Shown here piece after piece: positions 56,793 through 64,000 of a stretch of 64,000 nucleotides of DNA. Origin of the DNA: an uncultured Gemmatimonadales bacterium (lineage in GTDB: Bacteria; Gemmatimonadota; Gemmatimonadetes; Longimicrobiales; RSA9); contig CAWCUS010000005.1 of assembly GCA_963798845.1 (NCBI GenBank), forward strand, positions 288,001 through 352,000, read 5' to 3'. A program made the translations under genes and the position numbers. How positions within the stretch are numbered: the first letter of the stretch is position 1; every line of letters starts with the position of its first letter. The notes below the pieces were generated by a model. It saw only the letters and a program-made list of their open reading frames with translations. It was not told where the DNA came from and made no database searches.

Positions 56793-57743
56793 TCAGCGGG
56801 ACCGGAGCCACTCCAGGACGGTGCGGTCGAACGCTTCCGGCTGCTCGATCATGGAGAGGTGCCCGGCGTCGTCGATCGCTCTGAGCGTGGCGTTCGGGAT
56901 CCGCTTCGCCCCTTCCTCGAACACCGCCCGCGCGAAGCCAGGGTGGAGATAGGGGTTGGGGATGAGCTGGTCGTGCTCCCCGTAGACGATCAGCGTGGGC
57001 TGCCGGATGCGGTCCAGGTAGCCGGTGGTCGGCTCGTCGATCATGGCGGCCACGCTCTTCCGCACCGCGTCGGCGAAGCGGTCGAACTCGTCCGACTTCG
57101 CGAGCCTCGCCCGCTCTTCGACCATCCATTCCAGGCGGTCGTCCCAGGCGTTGAAGTTGAGGGAGAGGTTCCGGCGGATCGCATCCTCCGGCGTCTTCCG
57201 GATCGCTTCGATGGTGTACACGTTCCGAAGCCACCTGGCCTCGCCCGGCCCGAAGGTCTCGATCCCGGCGGGGTCCACGAGCACGAGCCGGTCCACCGCT
57301 TCGGGAAACTCGAGCGCGGCGATCATGGCGATCTGGCCGCCCATCGACTGCCCGACCAGCGTCACGTTCTCGAGATGGAGATCGTCGATGAGCCGGCGGA
57401 GGGTCGCCGCCTGGAAGCTGAGCGAGTAGGAGTAGTCGCCGCTCTTCTGGGAGCGGCCGTAGCCCGGCAGGTCCACCGCGACGACGCGGTAATGCTCCGC
57501 CAGCGCCGCAATGTTGTAGCGCCAGAAGCCCAGGTTCGAGGCGAGCCCGTGGACGAGGATGAGCGTCTCGGGTCCCGAGCCTTCATCCACGTAGGCCACC
57601 CGCGGGTTCTCCAGCGCGTAGCGCACGGGGAAGCCGTAGTCGAGCTCCGAGAACGGGAGCGGCTCGGCGTCCCGATACCGGAAGCCACCCACGCAGCCGG
57701 CCAGGCCAAGGGCGGCGGTCAGCACAAGCAGGGTGTGTCGCAT
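56793..57743 (-). CDS. Alpha/beta hydrolase lipoprotein (esterase/depolymerase-like)
   Basis: LAGC lipobox; HGLAS, DLPGYGRS, GQSMGG, GEHD, AGH. Confidence 0.9.
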   Translation of the reverse strand: MRHTLLVLTAALGLAGCVGGFRYRDAEPLPFSELDYGFPVRYALENPRVAYVDEGSGPETLILVHGLASNLGFWRYNIAALAEHYRVVAVDLPGYGRSQKSGDYSYSLSFQAATLRRLIDDLHLENVTLVGQSMGGQIAMIAALEFPEAVDRLVLVDPAGIETFGPGEARWLRNVYTIEAIRKTPEDAIRRNLSLNFNAWDDRLEWMVEERARLAKSDEFDRFADAVRKSVAAMIDEPTTGYLDRIRQPTLIVYGEHDQLIPNPYLHPGFARAVFEEGAKRIPNATLRAIDDAGHLSMIEQPEAFDRTVLEWLRSR

Positions 57744-57754
57744 GGTCCGCCTCA

Positions 57755-59329
57755 TCAGAACATGAGCCAGCTGAGGGTGAAGAACACCGTCCACGGATCG
57801 TCCGGACGGCCGGGCTGGTCGGAGAGCGTGACGCCGGGTGCGTCGTAGAAGTCACCCAGCTTCAGGTACGCGGCGCTCAGACCGGCGGTCAGGAAGACCT
57901 TCAGGTTGTACTTCGCCTCGAAGTTCACCTCGGTCCCTATGTAGCTGCCGCCGCCGGACGGGGTGATGTTGGACACCGCCGAGGCGAGGCCGACCTTCGT
58001 GTTGAAGCGGTTGGGTATCCAGTCGCGGGCCAGGTTCATCGACCCGCCCGTGACGCCGAGCCCCATGTTCGAGATGTCGTGGACGGCCGAGTAGTACCGG
58101 TTCACGACCTGAGGGTCCGGGAACAGGAGGAAGGCCCGGTGGGCGCTGTAGATGCCCACGGGCGAGCCCCACACGTTTCCGGTGATCACGCTGTTGACCT
58201 TGCCATCCGTCACCCCGTTGCCGTCGCCGGTGGTGAAGATGAGCTCGGCCCAGGCCTTGTCCCCGGAGGTCATGCCCCAGCGGTAGGCGAGGGACGCGTT
58301 GGCGGCCAGACCGAGGATGTCGGCGGCGTGCCCGAAGTCGCCTGCGGCCAGCGTGTCCACCACGCCCACGTTGGCGATGGCGAACGCGTCGGCCCACCAG
58401 CGGCCCTCGAGGAACTCGCGGTTGTACGCCACCCGGCCGCCGAGCCACCCGATGTCGGCGTGGTAGTGCGTGGGGATGTCGAGCTGTACCGCGCCGTTGT
58501 ACTCGGCGAGCTGGCTGGAGAGGCCCTGGCTCAGGATGGAGATCCCGCCCGCGCCCTCGCCGCGATCGCGCAGGTACCAGGCGTCGAGCCCCACTTCCAG
58601 CCTGGGCGCCAGGTGGGTGTCGACGTCGCCCATGAGGAGGATGACGTCGTCGTCCTTCCCCACCAGGTTCTCCCACAGCTGGTAGAAGCCCAATCGGCCG
58701 CGCACGCCGGGTCGGATGACGCCGAACAGGTTCGCCCCGACGGCGTTGGTGCCCCAGAACGCGAGCTTGTAGCCGCTGAGCTGCGCGGTCTGGAGGGAGA
58801 TGTTGTTGGGGTCGTAAGCGTTGTCGTACAGGCGCTGGAGCCCCACCACGACGTTCCAGGGCGCGTCCTTCGGGTGCAGGTCCACGTTGGCCATGAGCGT
58901 CTGCAGGTTGATCTGCGCGCCGTTGATCCCGCCGCCGCGGTTCCCGCCCACTCCGTACGCCTGGTCGCCCCAGGTGTAGTCGATCTTGAACATGGTCCGG
59001 AAGGTGGCGAATCCGTCGAGTATCGCCGGCCGGTAGACCAGGTAGGGGACGTAGCGCTGCTCCACGTAGCTGGCCACGCGCGGGATCGTCTCCGTGGAGT
59101 TGCGGCCGAACAGACGGCCGATCACCTGGCCCTGGAGGATCTCGTTGGTGGGGGCGACGTTGGAGCCGGTCGCCCGGGTGAAGCTGTAGCCGATGAACGT
59201 CCACTCCTTCGGCACCGAGTCCTTCACCGCCGCGAGGCTGTCGAGCCGGGCGTGGAGGCCGCCCAGCTGCGCGCTGGCGGGGGAGGCCGCGACGACCAGC
59301 ATCAGCGCCGTCGCCTTCAGAATCCGCAT
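57755..59329 (-). CDS. Putative outer membrane beta-barrel protein
   Basis: Signal peptide ASA-Q; alternating aromatic/Gly strands; YIGTEVNFEAKY; terminal WLMF. Confidence 0.7.
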   Translation of the reverse strand: MRILKATALMLVVAASPASAQLGGLHARLDSLAAVKDSVPKEWTFIGYSFTRATGSNVAPTNEILQGQVIGRLFGRNSTETIPRVASYVEQRYVPYLVYRPAILDGFATFRTMFKIDYTWGDQAYGVGGNRGGGINGAQINLQTLMANVDLHPKDAPWNVVVGLQRLYDNAYDPNNISLQTAQLSGYKLAFWGTNAVGANLFGVIRPGVRGRLGFYQLWENLVGKDDDVILLMGDVDTHLAPRLEVGLDAWYLRDRGEGAGGISILSQGLSSQLAEYNGAVQLDIPTHYHADIGWLGGRVAYNREFLEGRWWADAFAIANVGVVDTLAAGDFGHAADILGLAANASLAYRWGMTSGDKAWAELIFTTGDGNGVTDGKVNSVITGNVWGSPVGIYSAHRAFLLFPDPQVVNRYYSAVHDISNMGLGVTGGSMNLARDWIPNRFNTKVGLASAVSNITPSGGGSYIGTEVNFEAKYNLKVFLTAGLSAAYLKLGDFYDAPGVTLSDQPGRPDDPWTVFFTLSWLMF

Positions 59330-59374
59330 TTTCTCACGCTCGCCGTTGAGGGGAGTTCAGGATTCCCGCGCGCG

Positions 59375-59408
59375 GGGTGGGGTGCGCCGGACCGGCGCAT
59401 CCCCACCC
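59375..59408. other. Strong intra-operonic hairpin
   Basis: GGGTGGGGTGCGCCGG / CCGGCGCATCCCCACCC. Confidence 0.65.
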
Positions 59409-59437
59409 GCCTCCGCGCGCGACGGATTCGATCCAGG

Positions 59438-59932
59438 TCAGCGCTTCTGGTAGTGCTGCACGTACGCGTCGGTGCTCTGGCCCGCGATGGTCGTGCTGCC
59501 GAAGCCGCCGGCCACGGTGGGCGCGGTGACGCCCTGGAGCGCCGGCTCCACCTGGATCACCTCGTACGCCATGCGGCTCCCGGTCACCTGGAAGATCCCC
59601 TGCGCCGTGAGGGCGCTCGGCTGGATCTGGTTGGCGACCACGGACCGGATCTGCCCCTCCGGCTGGGTGCCGGCCTGCCACGTGCCGGTCAGCGTCGCCT
59701 GGCTGCCGCCGGCGTAGTTGATCACCGTGTAGGTCTGGTCCTCGTTGAAGGTGGCCAGGATGCTGTCCACGCCCACCGCCGCGAGACCCGGGGCGACGTC
59801 GGCGCCCTTCGACACCCACGTGCCCACCAGCTCGTCCGCCTGCTGCTCGTTGTCCGTCGAGTCCTCGCTCCCGCACGCCGCCAGGCCGAGCCCGGCCAGC
59901 ACCAGCACCGCAAGCACCACGTTCTTCCTCAT
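59438..59932 (-). CDS. Small lipoprotein, lipocalin-like
   Basis: GGAG RBS; LAAC lipobox; LVGTWVS, TFNEDQTY, GTW. Confidence 0.78.
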   Translation of the reverse strand: MRKNVVLAVLVLAGLGLAACGSEDSTDNEQQADELVGTWVSKGADVAPGLAAVGVDSILATFNEDQTYTVINYAGGSQATLTGTWQAGTQPEGQIRSVVANQIQPSALTAQGIFQVTGSRMAYEVIQVEPALQGVTAPTVAGGFGSTTIAGQSTDAYVQHYQKR

Positions 59933-59967
59933 GTGACTCCCCTCCGTTGATTGAATACGACTCCGCT

Positions 59968-60396
59968 TCATGCACGCCTCGGCATGACCACCGACTCACC
60001 TTCCGCCACCACCGTGCCGTCCTGGTTCACGCACCGCGTCGCCAGCGTGACGCGGTTGCGCTCGCGCTCGAGCGCCGCCACCTCCGCGCGCGCCGTGACG
60101 GTGTCGCCGAGATGCACCGGCGCGGTGAAGCGCAGGCTCTGCGACACGTAGATCACGCCCGGCCCCGGCAGCTTCATGCCGATGACCGTGGAGATGAAGG
60201 CGGCCGTGAGGATGCCGTGAGCGATGCGCTGGCCGAAGCGCGACGAAGCGGCCGCCACGGCGTCCACGTGCACGGGGTTGAAGTCGCCGGTGATCCCGGC
60301 GAACGCGTACACGTCGCTCTCGGACACCGTCTTGGTGAACTCCGCCGCCTGCCCCACCTCCAGCCGGTCGATGGTCAGGCCGTCCATCCTGTCCAT
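59968..60396 (-). CDS. MaoC family (R)-specific enoyl-CoA hydratase (PhaJ-like)
   Basis: FAGITGDFNPVH, RIAHG, LPGPG, Q.LRF.APV..GD. Confidence 0.92.
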   Translation of the reverse strand: MDRMDGLTIDRLEVGQAAEFTKTVSESDVYAFAGITGDFNPVHVDAVAAASSRFGQRIAHGILTAAFISTVIGMKLPGPGVIYVSQSLRFTAPVHLGDTVTARAEVAALERERNRVTLATRCVNQDGTVVAEGESVVMPRRA

Positions 60397-60397
60397 C

Positions 60398-61927
60398 TCA
60401 CACCCCTCCCGCGCGCGCCCGCTCGCGCAAAGCCTTCTTCAGCACCTTGCCGCTGTCCCCACGCGGCAGCTCGTCCAGGAACACCACCTGCTTCGGCATC
60501 TTGTACCTCGCCAGGCGACCCACGCAGTACCCGATCAGCTCCTCGCCCGTGAGCGACGACCCGGGCTCCACCACCACGTACGCCCGCCCGACCTCGCCCC
60601 ACTTCTCGTCCGGCACCCCCACCACCGCCACCTCGCGCACCGCAGCGTGCGTGCGGAGGAATTGCTCGACCTCGGCCGGGTAGACGTTCTCCCCGCCGCT
60701 CTTGTACATGTCCTTCTTGCGGTCGACCACGTAGAAGAAGCCGTCCTCGTCGCGGCGAACCAGGTCGCCGGTGTGGAACCAGCCGTCCCGGATCGCGTCC
60801 GCTGTGGCGGCGGGGTTCCGCCAGTAGCCGGGCGTGCACACCGGTCCACGCAGCACCAGCTCGCCCACATCGTCCGGACCGAGCGGCCGGTCGGCGTCGT
60901 CCACCACACGGGCGTCGATGTAGAAGTTGGGGAAGCCGATGGAGCCGATCTTCCGCTCCGCGTGCTCCTCGTTCAGGCTGAACACGTTGGGCCCGAACTC
61001 GGTGAGGCCGTAGCCCTGTCGGATCGGCACGCCACGGGCGTGCCAGAGGCGGATCAGCTCCAGCGGCATCGACTCGCCCCCCACGATGGCGTAGCGCACA
61101 CGAGCGAAATCGGTGGCTTCGAACTCCGGCGAGCGGCGCAGCATCTCCATGATGGTGGGCAGACCGAACAGAATGGTGACGCCCTCGTCGGCCACCAGCT
61201 CCAGGATGCGGTCGGCGTCGAACCTGGGCAGCAGGATCAGCTTCGCGCCCCTGTGGAGGAAGGGGGTGGTCAGGACGTTCCAGCCGCCCGTGTGGAAGAA
61301 GGGCGTGTACGTCAGCGTGACGTCGTTCTGCACCAGGTTCAGCCGCAGCGTGGTGTTCACGCTGTTCCAGAAGAGCATGCCGTTGGTGATGAGCGCGCCC
61401 TTCGGCTTGCCCGTGGTGCCGGAGGTGTAGAGCAGCATGCACGGAGCCTCGAAGCCGCCCGGCACCGGCACGGGGTCGGATGACAGCGTCTCGTCGGCCA
61501 GCCGCGCGGCCCAGCCCTCGTCGCCGTCGAAGTGGAGGCGGCGCGCGGGCACGACGGCGTCGGAGATGGCCGCCACGACGTCGTCGTACTGGCGCTGGTG
61601 GATCAGGACGGCGGGCTCCGCGTCCGACAGGATCCAGTCGAGCTCCCGTGGCGCCAGGCGGTAGTTCAGCGGGAGGAGGATGGCGCCCAGCTTCTGGCAC
61701 GCGAACAGGAGCAGCACGTACTCCGGCTCGTTCATGGACAGCACGGCCACGCGGTCACCCGCCCGCACCCCGAGCTGGTCCGCGAGCACCCGCGCGCCCC
61801 GGTCGATCAGGCGGCGGCAGCCGGCGTACGTGAAGCGCCGGCCCGTGGCGTCGTCCTGGAGCGCCACGGCGTCCGGGCTGTACTCCGCCCACTTCTGGAA
61901 CCAGTCCACCCTCGGCTCGACGTCCAT
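60398..61927 (-). CDS. Acyl-CoA synthetase / AMP-binding ligase (FadD/MenE-like)
   Basis: YTSGTTGKPKG, PFFHTGG, QGYGLTE, TGD, KSGGENVYPAEVE, SGKVLK. Confidence 0.94.
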   Translation of the reverse strand: MDVEPRVDWFQKWAEYSPDAVALQDDATGRRFTYAGCRRLIDRGARVLADQLGVRAGDRVAVLSMNEPEYVLLLFACQKLGAILLPLNYRLAPRELDWILSDAEPAVLIHQRQYDDVVAAISDAVVPARRLHFDGDEGWAARLADETLSSDPVPVPGGFEAPCMLLYTSGTTGKPKGALITNGMLFWNSVNTTLRLNLVQNDVTLTYTPFFHTGGWNVLTTPFLHRGAKLILLPRFDADRILELVADEGVTILFGLPTIMEMLRRSPEFEATDFARVRYAIVGGESMPLELIRLWHARGVPIRQGYGLTEFGPNVFSLNEEHAERKIGSIGFPNFYIDARVVDDADRPLGPDDVGELVLRGPVCTPGYWRNPAATADAIRDGWFHTGDLVRRDEDGFFYVVDRKKDMYKSGGENVYPAEVEQFLRTHAAVREVAVVGVPDEKWGEVGRAYVVVEPGSSLTGEELIGYCVGRLARYKMPKQVVFLDELPRGDSGKVLKKALRERARAGGV

Positions 61928-61934
61928 CGCTCCT

Positions 61935-63443
61935 CTACGCCCCGCCGGCGGTGACGGGCGCCGAATCGGACGGGGCCTCGCGGGCGCCCGGGCGTCGCCC
62001 GACGGCGAGGCCGACGCCGCCGACCAGGAGCGACGCCGCTATGGCGAACGTCGCGGGGACAGCCGGATTGTTGTGGTACACGGTGACGTGGCCGTAGTAC
62101 ATGCCGAAGTGGACGGCGATGGCCGTGGCCGATGCCGCCCAGATCCACCACTTCGCCATGCTGGTCGTGAAGACGCCCAGCAGGATCGCGACGAACGTGG
62201 CGGCGAAGAGACCGTAGACACCGTTCTGCGCGAAGATCGCGACGCTCAGCGACGGCGCCACGATCTGCTTCCACGACAGCGCCACGGTCACGGGCGCCAG
62301 GGCGACGAGGAACCAGCGCGCGTACACCAGCGAGCGCGCCTTCCACACCGGGTCGTCGCGTCGCCCGCCGCCGGTGACGTGGCGGAGGAAGTCGTTGGCG
62401 AAGATGGAGCTGAGCGCCACCAGGATGGCTTCCATGGTGGAGAAGCCCGCGGCCAGGAGCCCGAGCACCACCACCGCCCGCGTGAACGAGCTGAACCGGG
62501 TCACCATGTACGTGGCCATCACCATGTCCGGCGCCAGCGTCTCACCGGTGAGCGACAGACGCGCGAAGAGCCCGGTGACCAGCACGGCGAAGAAGAGCCC
62601 GGACACCACCACGGCGGTGCCGAGATAGCGGTTCACGTCCTTCTCGCTCCGCAGGTAGAGCGACTTCGAGATGATGTGCGGCTGGAGGATGATGGCGAGC
62701 CCCACCACGAAGTTGGCCACGAACACCTCGAACCAGTCGCGGAAGAGCAGGCTGGAAGGGTTCGTGGCCTCCGCGTAGTGAGGGCCGACGGCCGCGAGGC
62801 GGTGGAAGAAGCCGCCCATGCCGTCGCCGAAGAACTTCGCGCCGGACCCGAGAAAGAGCAGCGCCACCACGATCATGATGGCGGCCTGCATGGTATTCGT
62901 GAGCACGTGCGTGCCCGCACCACCCAGCAGGATGTACGTGAACGTGAAGGCCACGACCGCCACCAGCGCGGCCCAGGTCGGGATCGCGAGCGCCTGCCCC
63001 AGCACCAGGGTCAGTCCGACGACGATCAGCACCAGGAAGCTCACCTGGAGCAGGCTCAGCACGGCGAACCAGACGCTCAGCCGGCTGTCGCCGAAGCGAT
63101 CGCCGATCCACTGGGGCACGGTGAGCACGCGCGTCTGGTCACCGATCCGGCGGAAGCTCTTCGAGAACACCACCAGCCCCAGGAACATCCCCAGCGGCGC
63201 CGCCACCGCGTAGCCGAGCACGCCCGACCAGCCGTACAGGTAGATCAGCCCGGGGTTGATGACGAACGTCGCCGCGCTGGTCAGGCTCGCCGCCAGGCTC
63301 AGTCCCACCGCCACGGGGCTCACCTGCCGGGATCCGACCGAGTAGCTCTCCATGGTCGACGCCCGCCGCGCGCGCCACGCGATCGCGGCCACGAAGACCG
63401 CGTACGCCGCCACCAGCACCCACGACCACAGCGATTCGCTCAC
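61935..63443 (-). CDS. Sodium:solute symporter family transporter
   Basis: Multiple TMs; SLAASLTSAATF..PG..Y..GW, TVPQWIGDRF, LLGG, QPHII, AAGFST. Confidence 0.9.
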   Translation of the reverse strand: MSESLWSWVLVAAYAVFVAAIAWRARRASTMESYSVGSRQVSPVAVGLSLAASLTSAATFVINPGLIYLYGWSGVLGYAVAAPLGMFLGLVVFSKSFRRIGDQTRVLTVPQWIGDRFGDSRLSVWFAVLSLLQVSFLVLIVVGLTLVLGQALAIPTWAALVAVVAFTFTYILLGGAGTHVLTNTMQAAIMIVVALLFLGSGAKFFGDGMGGFFHRLAAVGPHYAEATNPSSLLFRDWFEVFVANFVVGLAIILQPHIISKSLYLRSEKDVNRYLGTAVVVSGLFFAVLVTGLFARLSLTGETLAPDMVMATYMVTRFSSFTRAVVVLGLLAAGFSTMEAILVALSSIFANDFLRHVTGGGRRDDPVWKARSLVYARWFLVALAPVTVALSWKQIVAPSLSVAIFAQNGVYGLFAATFVAILLGVFTTSMAKWWIWAASATAIAVHFGMYYGHVTVYHNNPAVPATFAIAASLLVGGVGLAVGRRPGAREAPSDSAPVTAGGA

Positions 63444-64000
63444 GTGTCGTAGCCCCATTCCATGGCCAGGGCGGCCATCGCCATGCCGCCGCCCGAGCCC
63501 ATGAGCACCACCAGGTCACCGGCCTTCAGCAGGTGACGATCGGCGGCATCCGCCATCGCCATCGGGATGCACGCGCTCCCCGTGTAGGCGAAACGGGTCA
63601 TCACGTTGTGGGAACGGTCCCGCGGCACGCCCAGTATGTCCAGCGTCTGATCGATGCTGTTGATGTTGATCTGCGTGAAGAAGTAGCGGGCCACGTCGCC
63701 CGGCTCCTTCCCGATCTTGCCCAGCACGCTGCGGATCAGACGCGGCCAGTGCGTCGGGTTCGTCTCCGGCGGGAACTTCTTCGCGAACCGCAGCAGGTGG
63801 TCCTTCCGCTCCAGCGCTTCGGGCGTCACCGGCATGAACGTGCCGCCCGCGTAGATCCCCATGTAATCGTGGAAGGAGCCCTCGGCGTACAGCTCGCTGG
63901 CCAGGATCCCGGCGCCGGACCCGGATCCGGGCTCCGGGGCAGAGGCATGGTCCGCCGCGCTCACCACCGCGGCGCCCGCGCCATCGGCGAAGAGCGTGGC
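63440..64000 (-). CDS. 3-oxoacyl-ACP synthase III (FabH)-like protein, 5' truncated, with non-canonical active-site motifs
   Basis: TLFADGAGAAVV, FFTQININ, AYTGSACIPMA, GDLVVLMGSGGG. Confidence 0.85.
   Translation of the reverse strand, partial: ATLFADGAGAAVVSAADHASAPEPGSGSGAGILASELYAEGSFHDYMGIYAGGTFMPVTPEALERKDHLLRFAKKFPPETNPTHWPRLIRSVLGKIGKEPGDVARYFFTQININSIDQTLDILGVPRDRSHNVMTRFAYTGSACIPMAMADAADRHLLKAGDLVVLMGSGGGMAMAALAMEWGYDT

Overview
Very GC-rich bacterial chromosomal segment. The gene repertoire (SusC/SusD pair, ADOP-type permease, TM-TolB_N-TPR protein, stand-alone plug lipoprotein, DUF5916) suggests Gemmatimonadota; this is inference. Left to right it holds: a group 3b [NiFe] hydrogenase operon interleaved with four two-component genes; a lipoprotein / TPR membrane protein / C2-like trio; sahR-ahcY with a candidate operator; pepD and other hydrolases; ROK-pfkA-xylB; a sulfite-oxidase-family Mo enzyme plus cytochrome b; susCD divergent from an S9 peptidase; a frameshifted ABC permease; tRNA-Ser(TGA). 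Next is an unusual operon-like run: PhoD-like phosphoesterase, TorF-like porin, neutral ceramidase and an orphan contractile-injection tail sheath. The window ends in an uptake/activation operon (FabH-like enzyme with altered catalytic residues, Na+:solute symporter, acyl-CoA ligase, MaoC, lipoprotein, beta-barrel, hydrolase). No integrase, transposase, CRISPR array or rRNA was seen. All calls come from motif recognition by eye; no searches were run, and start codons were re-picked where the ORF track over-extends.
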